From Polyangiaceae bacterium (GTDB lineage Bacteria; Myxococcota_A; Polyangia; Polyangiales; Polyangiaceae), in contig JBILLK010000011.1 of the NCBI GenBank assembly GCA_044376115.1, positions 96,001-160,000 on the forward strand: a stretch of 64,000 nt of DNA, given 5' to 3'. The position numbers were made by a program, and so were the translations under genes. A model generated the notes under the pieces. It made no database searches. It was not told where the DNA came from and saw nothing but the letters and a program-made list of their open reading frames with translations. The stretch's first letter is position 1. Each line of letters begins with the position of its first letter. Shown in pieces: positions 18,954 through 29,236 of this stretch.

Positions 18954-20852
18954 CTACATTGCCGGCTTTCGCAACCGGAAGAGTCCCCCGCTTTCTGTGA
19001 AGTAGAGCGCTTGGGCGTCCTGCTCGAACTCGCCAGCGAACGAGCCTTGCAACGCGTAGCTCGCGATGAGGGAGGCGGCGTTGGCCTGGGGGCCGTTTGC
19101 TTGATTGAGCGTAGCGATTGCGGCAGCGTAGATACTTACGACCCCTCCGGCGCGGGCGGCGAAGAAGAGGGTCCCGCCGTCTCGCAACACGGAAACGGGG
19201 CCAGCTGAGCCGAGGTCGAACACGCGAACGAGGTTATTGTTCGCCAGGTCCATACGATAGAGGCCCAAGGTGCCCTCGATAGCAAAGTAGAAGGCCCGCG
19301 TGCCAGCGGCGTCGAGGGCGAAGGTGTGTCCCGCATCGTCTGCGTTCTGCGCGATCGGGAAGCCTGTGAAGGTCGTTTCGGAGACATTGGTGGCGAGGTT
19401 GATTCGCTGCAGGTGCCCTTGTGTGCCCTGTGTGCTGATCGGGTGGACGATCACCTTGGTGGCGTCGCCTGGTAGCGCGATCATTGAGCTCGGATAGGCC
19501 GAGCTGAAGCACACGACGTCCGTTGGGGCGCTCGGGTTCCTACGTAAACAAGTACCCGTACCGAAGTAGGTGGTACCTGCGTGTTGCTCGATCAGGCTGA
19601 GCCCGCCAACCGTGGTTGCGTCCGTGAATGTGCCGAACGCTCCGACGCGCAACGGCCCGTTGCCAAAGCGATAACCGAACGCGAGGTTGTTGGCGACGAC
19701 CGAGATAGGAAAGCTGCTTAGGACCGGGTTGAGCCCAGAGTTCGCCGTGCCAATCGCGGAACTCTGCGTTGGGTCGAAGCGGTGGAACACCCCATTACCG
19801 AGCTCCAGGGAGTAGAGTTGGCCGCTGGTTGCGTCTAGGCCCACACTTCGGGTCGTACCAAGAGCGAGCGAGCTTGCTGCAGCCGCCGGCTGACAAAGCC
19901 CAGCGACGCAGGCAGCGCCGGGAAAACCAGCCGTGCTGCAGGCGTGGTCGCACTGGCCGCAATGCAGTACGCTGTTTTCGAGCGTGACGCAGCTGCCGTT
20001 GCAGTCCACCGTGCCCGCGTCACAAGTGCACACTCCTGCAACGCAGCTGCGGTCGTCGCTACAGGCGTTGCAGGCCGCGCCACAGTGGGCGTCGTCTTCG
20101 TCGTCATAACAGCCGGTGAGCCCGCTGCACGCGTGCGTGCCGCCAGGGCAAACGCAATCGCCTGCAGAACAGATCTCGCTGCCGTCGCAGCTCGTATTGC
20201 AGTCCCCGCAGTGGCTCTCATCGGTGGCGGTGTCGTAACAACCGTCACTCGGTGAGAGGCAATGCTCGAACCCTAGGGGGCAACAGAGGCCCGAGCGACA
20301 TTCCTCGGACGCGCTGCAATCTGTCGCACAGTCTCCGCAATGGGCTTCGTCCGTGAGGAAGTCGTAGCACCCTGGGGGATTGGAGCATTGGTCGCTGGTC
20401 GCCGGGCAACCGCAGACCCCGTTGAAGCACTCGCCGCCAGGGAGGCACTCGTCGCAATCGGAGCCGCAGTGGGCTTCATCGGTAAGGATATCGAAGCAGC
20501 CTTCAAGCCCGAAGCAAGCCGCCTGCGGGAGCTCACACCCGCCTCCGGTGCCGCCGTCGCCTCCCTGCCCAGCGCTGGCGCCTTGCCCGCCTGCGCCCTG
20601 GCCGCCCAGCCCACCCGTGACGCCGTCCCCTCCAGTTCCTCCGCTGCCTCCGCCGCCGTCTGGATTGGCGCCACCGCCAGCGTTACCGCCAGTAGCGCCA
20701 GTGCCCTCGAGGTTTGGTGCTGGAACCTCAAAAGTGCAGGCGCAAACCACGATGCATGCGGCGAGCGGTAGGGGTTGGCGAGTCAGCCAGCCCCACGTTG
20801 AAGACAAGGGCTTAACGTCCTTCAAAGGCTGACAGCTCCATGTTGGACTCAC
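18954..20852 (-). CDS. Cys-rich surface lipoprotein with D..HCG.C repeats and a possible C-terminal beta-propeller
   Basis: VVCAC lipobox, Gly-rich linker, about five GC(Y/F)D..TDEAHCG.C-type repeats, beta-rich C-terminal ~300 aa. Start uncertain. Confidence 0.75.
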   Translation of the reverse strand: MSPTWSCQPLKDVKPLSSTWGWLTRQPLPLAACIVVCACTFEVPAPNLEGTGATGGNAGGGANPDGGGGSGGTGGDGVTGGLGGQGAGGQGASAGQGGDGGTGGGCELPQAACFGLEGCFDILTDEAHCGSDCDECLPGGECFNGVCGCPATSDQCSNPPGCYDFLTDEAHCGDCATDCSASEECRSGLCCPLGFEHCLSPSDGCYDTATDESHCGDCNTSCDGSEICSAGDCVCPGGTHACSGLTGCYDDEDDAHCGAACNACSDDRSCVAGVCTCDAGTVDCNGSCVTLENSVLHCGQCDHACSTAGFPGAACVAGLCQPAAAASSLALGTTRSVGLDATSGQLYSLELGNGVFHRFDPTQSSAIGTANSGLNPVLSSFPISVVANNLAFGYRFGNGPLRVGAFGTFTDATTVGGLSLIEQHAGTTYFGTGTCLRRNPSAPTDVVCFSSAYPSSMIALPGDATKVIVHPISTQGTQGHLQRINLATNVSETTFTGFPIAQNADDAGHTFALDAAGTRAFYFAIEGTLGLYRMDLANNNLVRVFDLGSAGPVSVLRDGGTLFFAARAGGVVSIYAAAIATLNQANGPQANAASLIASYALQGSFAGEFEQDAQALYFTESGGLFRLRKPAM

Positions 20853-20985
20853 GGTAACGCGTTCCGTCCAGACACCAATGTCAGCGCCATTTCACTGCGA
20901 TCCTGTGATCGTTCCAAGCTGCGACAGGGCCTGTAGATCGGTGCAAACGCGCGACTTTCGGGCGGTGTCTGCGCTATGAAGGCGC

Positions 20986-23523
20986 ATGCCCATCATGCAC
21001 GATGCTTGCGGTTGTCGCGCTGCAGCGCGGGACTTTGCGTTGAGCGGCGCCGAGGCGCACTACCCGCCGCACCTCGAGCTTGAGCCGACCCACCTCGAGA
21101 TCAACCTCAGCTTGGACCTGATCGCGCAGACGGCGAAAGGAGTGGTCACCACCACGGTGGAGGCGCGTCGCTCCGGCCCTCGCACGTTGCGCCTTCACGC
21201 GGTTGACTTTGAGTTGCTCGCGGTACGCGACCAAAGTGGGAAGGCGCTCGTCTATCGCTACGACGGGCGTGAGTTACTCGCGACTTGGGCTGAGCCATTT
21301 GCGACGGGCGAGGTGCGCCAGCTCCAGATCGAATACCGCGTTCAGCGGCCGGTGACTGGGCTCTTTTTCTCGAAGCCAGAGCCGGGGGCCGAGACCGATC
21401 CGTGGTTCGCAGCGACTGATCACGAGACAGAACGCGCGCGGCATTGGCTGCCGTGTGTCGACCTGCCCAACGCGCGACCCCGGCTCGACTTCAAGTTGCG
21501 CGCCGATAGCCGCTTTACCATTTTGGCCAACGGTGCGCTGGTCTCCGAAACCGCCCATGAGGACGGTACCAAGACTGCGCACTATCGGCTCGAGCAACGC
21601 TGTCCGAGCTATCTGACCTGTTTTGCTATTGGGGAGTTTGTTCGCTTTGAGGACGGCGACCACCAAGGAAAGCCGATTGCCTACTTTGCTACCAAGGAGT
21701 TCGAGCAGCACCACTTGAAGCGCTCCTTTGGTCGCACCCCGGCGATGTTGTCGTGGCTGACCAAAAAGCTTGGCTGTGAGTTGCCGTATCCCAAGTACTT
21801 TCAATTCGCGTTGCCTGGCTTTGGTGGAGCCATGGAGAACATCTCGCTGGTCAGTTGGGATGATATATTCATCTTGGACGATCGCCTCGCGGAAGAGTGG
21901 GGTTGGCTCGTTGACCAAATCAACATCCACGAGATGGCGCATACCTTCTTCGGGGATTGGGTGGTTTGTCGCGACTTTGCGCATGCTTGGCTCAAGGAGT
22001 CCTGGGCGACCTATATCGAGAGTTGCTGGCTGGAGGACAACGTCAGTCGCGACGAGGCCGACTACGACTTCTTCGCCAACGCAGCGGCCTACATCACAGA
22101 GGCGGACGAACGCTATAAGCGCCCAATCGTCACGCGTACCTTCGATCATTCGTGGAGCCTGTATGACCGCCACCTCTATCCTGGCGGAGCTTGCCGGTTG
22201 CACATGTTGCGGAGGCTCTTGGGTGATGAGGTGTTTTGGCCAGCCGTAACCGACTATCTGCAGACGTTTGGTGGTCAGGTCGTCGAGACGGATGACTTCC
22301 GCAGGGTGCTAGAGAAACACTCTGGCCGCTCACTGGTTCGCTTCTTCGACCAGTGGTTCCACAGCTTGGGCTACCCCGTCCTGCAAGTGGACTTCTCCCA
22401 TGACGCCGAGAAGGGGGAGGGGAGCTTCCGCATCGAGCAGAAGCAGGTTGATGAGAAGGCGGGCGTTAAGCTGTTTCAGCTTGAGTTAGAGCTCGCTTGG
22501 ACTGTCAATGGCAGCACCGAGTCGCACGTCGTGGAGCTTGTTCATGGCGTTCACACGGTCGTGCTCAAGATGCCTGAGGCTCCAGAGGACGTTCGTATCG
22601 ACCCAGGGTTGCGGCTGCTGATGAAGCTGGAATTCAATCCCGGCGAGGACATGCTGCGACGTCAATTGACCTGTGAATCGGTGGTCGCTCGCATTAGGGC
22701 GGGGCAGGAACTGGCAAAGACTGGGCGCTCCAAGAACCTAGAGGCGCTGCTCAGGGCTTATCGAGCTGAGCCTTTTTGGGGCGTCCGCATCCAGTGGGCT
22801 AGGGCGTTATCAAAGGCCGCTAGCGAGACGGCTCTGCGCGGGCTTGCCGAGCTCGTAGCAGAAGAAGAAATGCCGCTGGTCCTCGAGGCGTTGATGCGCG
22901 CAGCTGGTGTCCACCGTGATCCCCGCATTGCCTCGGCGCTCGAAGCGCGGTTCGACGCGGGGTTACCCTATCGCGCAGCGGCAGCGGCCATCGAAGGGCT
23001 CGGGGCACAGCGCGCCGCCGCACCGTTTGATACCATCGTATCCGCGAGCGCTTCGGATGGCTTTGGTGGCCACGTTCAAAGCGGTGCTCTTCGCGCGCTG
23101 GGCTCGTCCCGACGCCCAGAGGCTTTGGCTCTGTTGCTAGAACGTTGTCGACCGGGCGCAACGTCCAACCGAGCTCGGCCTGCCGCCGCCGCCGCGTTAG
23201 CGGAGTTTGGTCGCACACTCGACCGCGGCCCGCGCGAGCAAGTGCGCGAACGTCTCGTTGACCTCTTGCGCGACCCGCACGAACGTATGCGTAAGGCCGC
23301 TGTCCTCGCGCTCGAGACGCTCGGAGACCCGGAGGCGGCTCCCGCACTGATGGCCTATCGCTCCCGCGTTTCAGAACAGGAGCAACCTCAGATCGACCGC
23401 ATCGTGGCGGCCCTACACACTGCAACTCCGGCTACTGCATCGGAGAAGCAGCTCGAGGAACTGCAGGCGAAGATTCGTACGATGAGCGCCGCACTCGAGC
23501 GACTCGAAGCGAAGATGCCATGA
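20986..23523 (+). CDS. M1 family aminopeptidase with C-terminal HEAT repeats and coiled coil
   Basis: GAMEN, HEMAH-x18-E (WLKES), LYPGGA..LHMLR, HEAT-like Ala/Leu repeats, terminal heptads. Confidence 0.93.
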   Translation: MPIMHDACGCRAAARDFALSGAEAHYPPHLELEPTHLEINLSLDLIAQTAKGVVTTTVEARRSGPRTLRLHAVDFELLAVRDQSGKALVYRYDGRELLATWAEPFATGEVRQLQIEYRVQRPVTGLFFSKPEPGAETDPWFAATDHETERARHWLPCVDLPNARPRLDFKLRADSRFTILANGALVSETAHEDGTKTAHYRLEQRCPSYLTCFAIGEFVRFEDGDHQGKPIAYFATKEFEQHHLKRSFGRTPAMLSWLTKKLGCELPYPKYFQFALPGFGGAMENISLVSWDDIFILDDRLAEEWGWLVDQINIHEMAHTFFGDWVVCRDFAHAWLKESWATYIESCWLEDNVSRDEADYDFFANAAAYITEADERYKRPIVTRTFDHSWSLYDRHLYPGGACRLHMLRRLLGDEVFWPAVTDYLQTFGGQVVETDDFRRVLEKHSGRSLVRFFDQWFHSLGYPVLQVDFSHDAEKGEGSFRIEQKQVDEKAGVKLFQLELELAWTVNGSTESHVVELVHGVHTVVLKMPEAPEDVRIDPGLRLLMKLEFNPGEDMLRRQLTCESVVARIRAGQELAKTGRSKNLEALLRAYRAEPFWGVRIQWARALSKAASETALRGLAELVAEEEMPLVLEALMRAAGVHRDPRIASALEARFDAGLPYRAAAAAIEGLGAQRAAAPFDTIVSASASDGFGGHVQSGALRALGSSRRPEALALLLERCRPGATSNRARPAAAAALAEFGRTLDRGPREQVRERLVDLLRDPHERMRKAAVLALETLGDPEAAPALMAYRSRVSEQEQPQIDRIVAALHTATPATASEKQLEELQAKIRTMSAALERLEAKMP

Positions 23524-24305
23524 ACACAGCTTTCTATACGTTCGACGGTGGGCGCTTCATTGCCAGCGAGTTGACCCGTGGCCCTTGGAGCAACCAGCAC
23601 CAACACGGCGGCCCGCCCTGCGCGCTACTTGGGCGCACGCTAGCGAGCTTTGGCGCAGACGCTGCGGAGTTCTCGCTTGCGCGGATAACGGTCGAGCTGC
23701 TTCGACCCGTCCCGATTGCGCCGCTCACCGTTCGCTGCGAGCTGGTTCGCCCGGGCAAGTCCGTGCACCGGCTCGAGGCCGTGCTGCTCTGCGATGATAG
23801 CGAGGTTGCGCGCGCTAGCGGCCTGCGAATTCGACGGCGAGAGTTCCCGTTGCCCGAAGCCGGCGCCTCAAGCGCTGCTCCTCTTGTGGCAGCGCCTGAA
23901 TCCTTGGCGAGCTTCACCTTCCCGTTTTTTCGGCACGAACTCGGATATCACCGCGCAGTCGATGTACGGTTTGCTAGCGGTCAATGGGGGGATCGCAGCG
24001 TAGTGGTTTGGTCCCGTCCCACGGTCGAGCTGGTCGCTGGAGAGCCGCTGACCGCTGTGGAACGCACCCTGATCATCGTCGACGCTGAGAGCGGGATCTG
24101 CCCGCCGCTCGATCCGCAGCGAGCAAGCTTCGTCAATCCGGATTTGACGGTCTACTTTGAACGCGAGCTGCGCGGGGATTGGCTGGGGCTCTCTGTGCGA
24201 TCGGCTGCGCACTCACACGGCGTCGGTATCGCCGAGAGTCTGCTCTTCGATGAAGGCGGACCGGTAGGGCGCAGTGTGCAGTCTCTGGTGCTTGGCGCTC
24301 GCTAA
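23520..24305 (+). CDS. Acyl-CoA thioesterase (TesB-like double hot-dog)
   Basis: TRGPWSNQHQHGGPP, VELLRPVP, FVNPDLTV. ATGA overlap with the aminopeptidase gene. Confidence 0.85.
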   Translation: MNTAFYTFDGGRFIASELTRGPWSNQHQHGGPPCALLGRTLASFGADAAEFSLARITVELLRPVPIAPLTVRCELVRPGKSVHRLEAVLLCDDSEVARASGLRIRRREFPLPEAGASSAAPLVAAPESLASFTFPFFRHELGYHRAVDVRFASGQWGDRSVVVWSRPTVELVAGEPLTAVERTLIIVDAESGICPPLDPQRASFVNPDLTVYFERELRGDWLGLSVRSAAHSHGVGIAESLLFDEGGPVGRSVQSLVLGAR

Positions 24306-24365
24306 CCACCCAACGTCATTGCCCCTGCACTCGACGTCCGAAAATGGCCGGATCTGGAGGCTCGG

Positions 24366-25871
24366 TTGCAGCATAGTTGCATCGTGTTCGCGTCCGAGCC
24401 CGAGCTGAATCCTTCGAGGTGCTACCGCGCCCTCGAGACACGTGACGTCCGTTTTGACGGGCGATTCTTCACCGGTGTGCGCACGACAGGGATCTACTGT
24501 CGGCCGATATGCCCGGCCAAGTGCCCTAGGTTTGAGAACGTCGTGTTCTTTCGTTCCGCCGCGGAGGCCCACTGCTCGGGCTTTCGTCCTTGCTTGCGTT
24601 GCCGGCCCGAGTCCTCCCCGCGGCTTGCGACGTGGCGCGGGACCTGGTCTACCGTTTCACGGGCGCTTGCCATGATTGAGGAGGGCGCCCTCGACGGTGA
24701 CGACGCCAGCTTGCCGTTGCTTGCGGAGCGCTTGGGGATTGGGGATCGGCAGCTACGACGTCTGTTTGATAAACACTTAGGCGTTTCGCCCATTGCCCTA
24801 GCGCAAATCCGCAGGGTTCTACTGGCTAAGCAGCTATTGCATCAAACAAGTATGTCAATCGCTGAGGTGGCGCTGGCCTCCGGCTTCAGCAGTGTGCGCC
24901 GCTTCAACGCAGCGTTTCTCAAGCAAGTCGGGCTCGCTCCTACGAGCTTACGGCGCGCGTCGCGATCGCCTCAGCACGGAACAAGCGTGACGATCTTGCT
25001 AAGCTACAGCGGTGCCTACGATTGGCCCGCCATGCATGAGTTCTTCGCCGCGCGCGCACTCGATGGCTGCGAAAACACTGACGCGGGCTGTTATCGTCGT
25101 AGCTTTCTCTTGCAGGGTGAGCAAGGCACGCTCGAGGTTGCGCCGCATACATCGGCTTTGTCGCTCAAGCTGCAATGTAGTCTGACGAAGCTGTTGCCTC
25201 AGATGATAGCGCGCGTCCGACGGATGTTCGACGTTGATGCTGATACAGCGGGTATTGCTCGACATTTGTCGAAGGACGCACTGCTATCGCCCCTCGTACG
25301 CTCGGCCCCAGGATTGCGTGTCCCCGGAGCATGGGACGGCTTCGAACAGGCTGTACGCGCCATTCTCGGACAGCAGATCTCGGTAGCCGCGGCTCGCCGA
25401 CTTGCATCGATACTGGTCGCTGAGTTTGGGCAGCCGCTCGCGCCTTCATTGCAGGGAGGCGGGCTAGCGCAGATTTTTCCGGAGCCTCATGAGCTTATGC
25501 AGCGGAGCCTAGCAATCTTACCTATGCCCAAAGCGCGCAGCGCGGCGTTGAGCGAGCTCGCCAAGGCTGCCATGCTCGATCCGTGTTTATTCGAGTGGCA
25601 ACGTTACTCGAGCCTGGAGGATGCGGTCTCCCGCTTTAAGTCGATCAAGGGTCTCGGCGATTGGACTGCCCAGTACATTGCGCTGCGTGGCTTGCATGAC
25701 CCTGATGCGTTTCCGCGCGGTGACGCGGCGCTGCAGCGCTCTTTTGCGCAGCGAACGCGTCAAGGCTCGAGCGCTCCCGGTGACCTCACGAAGCAGGCTG
25801 AGAGCTGGCGACCGTGGCGCGCATATGCCGCCCAACATCTTTGGCATGCCGACGTTCGAGAGAACGGGTGA
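24366..25871 (+). CDS. alkA: Ada-AlkA fusion (Ada Zn domain, AraC HTH, 3-methyladenine DNA glycosylase II)
   Basis: TTGIYCRPICPA, FRPCLRCRPE, GFSSVRRFN, ILGQQISV, GLGDWTAQYIALR...DAFP..D, WRPWRAYA. Start may be GTG 24384. Confidence 0.93.
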   Translation: MQHSCIVFASEPELNPSRCYRALETRDVRFDGRFFTGVRTTGIYCRPICPAKCPRFENVVFFRSAAEAHCSGFRPCLRCRPESSPRLATWRGTWSTVSRALAMIEEGALDGDDASLPLLAERLGIGDRQLRRLFDKHLGVSPIALAQIRRVLLAKQLLHQTSMSIAEVALASGFSSVRRFNAAFLKQVGLAPTSLRRASRSPQHGTSVTILLSYSGAYDWPAMHEFFAARALDGCENTDAGCYRRSFLLQGEQGTLEVAPHTSALSLKLQCSLTKLLPQMIARVRRMFDVDADTAGIARHLSKDALLSPLVRSAPGLRVPGAWDGFEQAVRAILGQQISVAAARRLASILVAEFGQPLAPSLQGGGLAQIFPEPHELMQRSLAILPMPKARSAALSELAKAAMLDPCLFEWQRYSSLEDAVSRFKSIKGLGDWTAQYIALRGLHDPDAFPRGDAALQRSFAQRTRQGSSAPGDLTKQAESWRPWRAYAAQHLWHADVRENG

Positions 25872-25883
25872 AAGGAGAATTCG

Positions 25884-26477
25884 ATGCAGTTCTATCGTGA
25901 TCAGGTGGTAAGCCCGCTCGGGCTTCTCATCGCCGTTTGGGTTGAGCCCGGCATGCTTTGCGCGCTCGATTACGATGGTAGCGAGCGGCTCACAAAGCTT
26001 TGCCACCGCTACCACGATATTGAGCTGTCCGATCTCTCGCAGCGCACTCTCCCTAAGCCGATTGGCCACGCGCTGATTCGCTACTTCGAGGGCGATTTGA
26101 CGTGCTTGACGGAGGTGGCCGTGTGGCACGGTGGCTCGAGTCTCGAGCAAGCCGTCTGGTCGGAACTGCGCCGAATCCCTCCGGGAGAGACGCTCTCCTA
26201 CGGGCAGGTAGCTGCCAGGATCGGCCGACCGACGGCGTGTCGTGCTGTTGGCAGGGTCAATGCGTCGAACCCGGTCAGCATCGTGGTCCCGTGCCATCGT
26301 GTGGTCGGGGCCGGCGGCGCGCTCACGGGCTACTCCGGTGGGCTCGCGAGAAAGGCTTGGTTGCTTGCTCACGAGACCAGCCAGGTCAATGAACGACCGC
26401 CGCTTACTTTGGGCGCCACTACGTCTTCGCCGCAAAGGAGTTACAGCCACCCTCCGGTGAAATCGGTCCTTTCATGA
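25884..26477 (+). CDS. ogt: Methylated-DNA-protein-cysteine methyltransferase
   Basis: IPPGETLSYG, RAVG, NP..IVVPCHRV active site, LTGYSGGL.RK..LL.HE. Confidence 0.93.
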   Translation: MQFYRDQVVSPLGLLIAVWVEPGMLCALDYDGSERLTKLCHRYHDIELSDLSQRTLPKPIGHALIRYFEGDLTCLTEVAVWHGGSSLEQAVWSELRRIPPGETLSYGQVAARIGRPTACRAVGRVNASNPVSIVVPCHRVVGAGGALTGYSGGLARKAWLLAHETSQVNERPPLTLGATTSSPQRSYSHPPVKSVLS

Positions 26478-26766
26478 GCGAACAGCCACCACACTCTTCG
26501 GGCCCTTTGGCCTGGTACAGGTTGCACAGCTTGCATGCCTTTGTCGCGTCCGCTGCCTTGTCCACGTAGCCGAGGCTCTGGCGCTGGGTAATCTCAGGAC
26601 CCGTCAACGCGCTCGTGTCAGTGCAGTCTAGGCCGCTTTTGCACGCGATTCCGAAAGCCGCTGCGGCTGGAAACAAGGCGAGGCGCAGAAGCACGTCCCG
26701 GCGTGAGGGACTCGAGGTGTCGGGTCGCAAGGCCGACTCGTTCTCGTTGCGCATTGGTGTTTTCAT
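26419..26766 (-). CDS. High-potential iron-sulfur protein (HiPIP), Tat-exported, possibly lipidated
   Basis: SRRDVLL twin-arginine signal, FGIAC, LGYV, CKLCNLY...C..MKGPISPEGGCNSF HiPIP Cys pattern. Confidence 0.8.
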   Translation of the reverse strand: MKTPMRNENESALRPDTSSPSRRDVLLRLALFPAAAAFGIACKSGLDCTDTSALTGPEITQRQSLGYVDKAADATKACKLCNLYQAKGPEECGGCSLMKGPISPEGGCNSFAAKT

Positions 26767-26801
26767 GACGCACAGATAGAGACCAGGCGAAGTCAAGACA
26801 A

Positions 26802-26866
26802 GGGCACATCATCGACCGAAGGTGGATGCAGCGTTCGGAACGAGTCATTCCGCCGAAGGAGTCATT
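26802..26866. repeat. Degenerate copy of the REP-like element
   Basis: ACGAGTCATTCCGCCGAAGG (26840-26859) matches 38515-38534 exactly (20 nt). ACCGAAGGTGGATGCAGC (26815-26832) matches the array at 17 of 18 positions. Confidence 0.75.
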
Positions 26867-27954
26867 CAGAGCTGCGCGATGAGTTGCTCGGCCAGCGAAA
26901 TTCCGGACAGGTAGGCGCCCTCGACACGGCCGCCAGCCAACCAGTCCCCCGCGACGCCAAGTCGCGCTGAGACATCGAGCGTTGCTCCGTGGTGTTGGGG
27001 TCGAGGCACTTGGGCGAAGGCCCAGCGGTGTACGAGCTGGTGGTCGGGTTTGAGGCTTGGCAGCGCCAACAGTCTCGCGAACTCTTGCACCAATACCGAT
27101 TGGACTTCCTCGAGGTCGAGCGCGAACGACGCCTTCGACCATTCCGGCGATGCCTGCAGCATCCAGCGTTCTCCCGGTGGGCGTGCGGGCTTGCTCGAGT
27201 CGCGCGCGAGCCAAGCAAGGGGTGAACGCCTCGTCTCGTCCCGCCCAACAAAGATCCCATCCCATGGTACGGACAGACTGCCTGCGGCTTCGTTGGGAAC
27301 CACTCCAACTGCGAAGCACGGCCAGAGCTCTGTTTGCTGAGTCACAGCCGTTAGTTGGGGACTCAATTCGTCGATGAGCGAGCCCGCCTGTCGCGGCGGT
27401 AGACACACCATTACGAAGTCGAACTGGCCAAAATCGGTAGCGACTTCCTCGGGTGCTCGCTGCGGCCCAAGGGTTGTCCCGGGGGGAGCCGCATGACCCG
27501 TGAGTGAGAGCTGCTCATCGATGGGACGGATGGCATCCACTCGACAGCCGCTTCGAACGTCCAATCCCAATGCAATAAACTTCGCGAACGCGTTCATCCC
27601 GGGCGTCCCGACATAGCGAACCAAGGTGTCTACCGCGTGCACCTGGGCCGCTTCTTCCTCGAGCGCCCCGATGACTCCTAACCACGGCGCGCACGCGCCT
27701 GCTTGGACGGCGCGTTCAACCAGCACTGCAAACCGCTGGTCTCGCACGGTGAAGTACTGTGCGCCAAGGTCGAAGGTATGCGCGCCCACCCGACGCGTGG
27801 CGAGCCTCCCACCGGGCGAGCGCCCTTTATCCAAGACCACCACCTGATGTCCCTGCCGCTGTAGCTCTTGTGCACACGAAAGGCCGGCTATGCCGGCGCC
27901 AACTACCGCGATACGCAATCCGCTCGTGTGGCCCTGTGGATGATTGGCAGGCAT
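26866..27954 (-). CDS. Renalase-like NAD(P)/FAD-dependent oxidoreductase
   Basis: VGAGIAGL, DKGRSPGGRLATRR, FDLGAQYFT, HRWAFA, AGDW..GGRVEGAYLSG. Confidence 0.9.
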   Translation of the reverse strand: MPANHPQGHTSGLRIAVVGAGIAGLSCAQELQRQGHQVVVLDKGRSPGGRLATRRVGAHTFDLGAQYFTVRDQRFAVLVERAVQAGACAPWLGVIGALEEEAAQVHAVDTLVRYVGTPGMNAFAKFIALGLDVRSGCRVDAIRPIDEQLSLTGHAAPPGTTLGPQRAPEEVATDFGQFDFVMVCLPPRQAGSLIDELSPQLTAVTQQTELWPCFAVGVVPNEAAGSLSVPWDGIFVGRDETRRSPLAWLARDSSKPARPPGERWMLQASPEWSKASFALDLEEVQSVLVQEFARLLALPSLKPDHQLVHRWAFAQVPRPQHHGATLDVSARLGVAGDWLAGGRVEGAYLSGISLAEQLIAQL

Positions 27955-28053
27955 TCCGATTGGTTAGCAGGGACGGCTCCCGAGGTGCGGTTGAATCAGG
28001 CTGCCTTTGAAAAGATCCTTACCGCCCAGGTAACAATGTTAGGTAGGGCGGCT

Positions 28054-29235
28054 ATGCGACTTGCCTGTGCGCTCATTTCCTTGGGTGCCTGTTTGACCGT
28101 CTGCCCAGTGTTGGCCGAGGAGGCCGGAGTACCCCTTCGGCTCAAAGGGGGATACGGGCAAGGAATGGGCATTGAGTCCGAGGATGGATCGTTCGGTATG
28201 TCGTTGAAGGCTCGCGCTCAGGTCCGTACGACCGTCGGCGTTCCCGAGGACGAAGAAAAGGATCCTACCGCCGACTTCCAAATTCGACGGCTTCGCGTGA
28301 CGGTCGACGCTCACGGTTGGGATGAGCTCGTAAGCCTCAAGGTGCAACTCGCGTTTGCTCCGCTCGACCAAGATCCCGTGGCTCCTTTCCCGGTGCGCGA
28401 CGCGTTTGTGACGGTGGCTCCTGCGCGGGACTTCAAGCTGCGCGTAGGGCAAATGAAGGTCCCCTTCGGGCGTCAGCGAGTTGTCTCCTCGGGGAGCCAG
28501 CAGATGGTCGATCGCTCGATCGTTACCGGAGAGTTGAACCTCGACCGCGACGTTGGTGTGCAGTTCTTTTCCGAAGACCTGTTTGGTCTGAAGGGGTTGC
28601 TCGGCTACAACGTTGGGGTGTTTGGCGGGGATGGCCGCAACCGCGTCTCTGGTGGCTATGGCTTGCTTTACGCAGGGCGACTCTCCGTTCGGCCGGTTGG
28701 CGGCGAACTCGCGGACGATCTCGACGAGGTCGACTTCAAGCAGACCAAGCCGCGTTTGCAGGTGGCTGCCTCGGGGGCGTTCAATCACCAGTCCGATCGT
28801 GTTCGAAGCACCACCGGCGAGGTTTTTGCGACGGGACCATGGGCTGACTATGCCCACGTGGGAGCGGATACGAGCTTTAAATATAACGGCCTATCGCTAA
28901 CCGGTGAGTTCTTCCTGCGCCGCGCGCTCGAGGACCGTAACACCGAGGTCGTGGACGGGGCGCCGGTAACAGATATTGCGCGCTCCGGTTACGGCGGCTT
29001 CTTTCAAGCTGGGCAGCTCATTGAAAAGCGTTTTGAGGTCTCCGCCCGAGTCGGAACGCTCAAGGTATTGGGAGACCCAGAGAGCGGTTTCAAGCCGGAG
29101 AAGGAGCTAGGCGGAGCAGTCAGCTACTACTTCTTGAAGCACGCACTCAAGCTGCAGGTTGACACCTTCTATCTCTGGGAGACCTGGGGTGAAGGGCGGG
29201 TTCAGACGCGCCTGCAACTACAGGCTGCGCCCTGA
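28054..29235 (+). CDS. Outer-membrane porin (OprO/OprP-like)
   Basis: Signal peptide, FQIRRLRV, RVGQMKVPFG, DRS, DRDVG, GVFGGDG.N, terminal RLQLQ beta-strand. Confidence 0.8.
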   Translation: MRLACALISLGACLTVCPVLAEEAGVPLRLKGGYGQGMGIESEDGSFGMSLKARAQVRTTVGVPEDEEKDPTADFQIRRLRVTVDAHGWDELVSLKVQLAFAPLDQDPVAPFPVRDAFVTVAPARDFKLRVGQMKVPFGRQRVVSSGSQQMVDRSIVTGELNLDRDVGVQFFSEDLFGLKGLLGYNVGVFGGDGRNRVSGGYGLLYAGRLSVRPVGGELADDLDEVDFKQTKPRLQVAASGAFNHQSDRVRSTTGEVFATGPWADYAHVGADTSFKYNGLSLTGEFFLRRALEDRNTEVVDGAPVTDIARSGYGGFFQAGQLIEKRFEVSARVGTLKVLGDPESGFKPEKELGGAVSYYFLKHALKLQVDTFYLWETWGEGRVQTRLQLQAAP

Positions 29236-29236
29236 T

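Noticed and set aside
24325..24365. Ada-box-like site upstream of ada-alkA
   Set aside because: The position is suggestive, but I cannot match it to a consensus with confidence.
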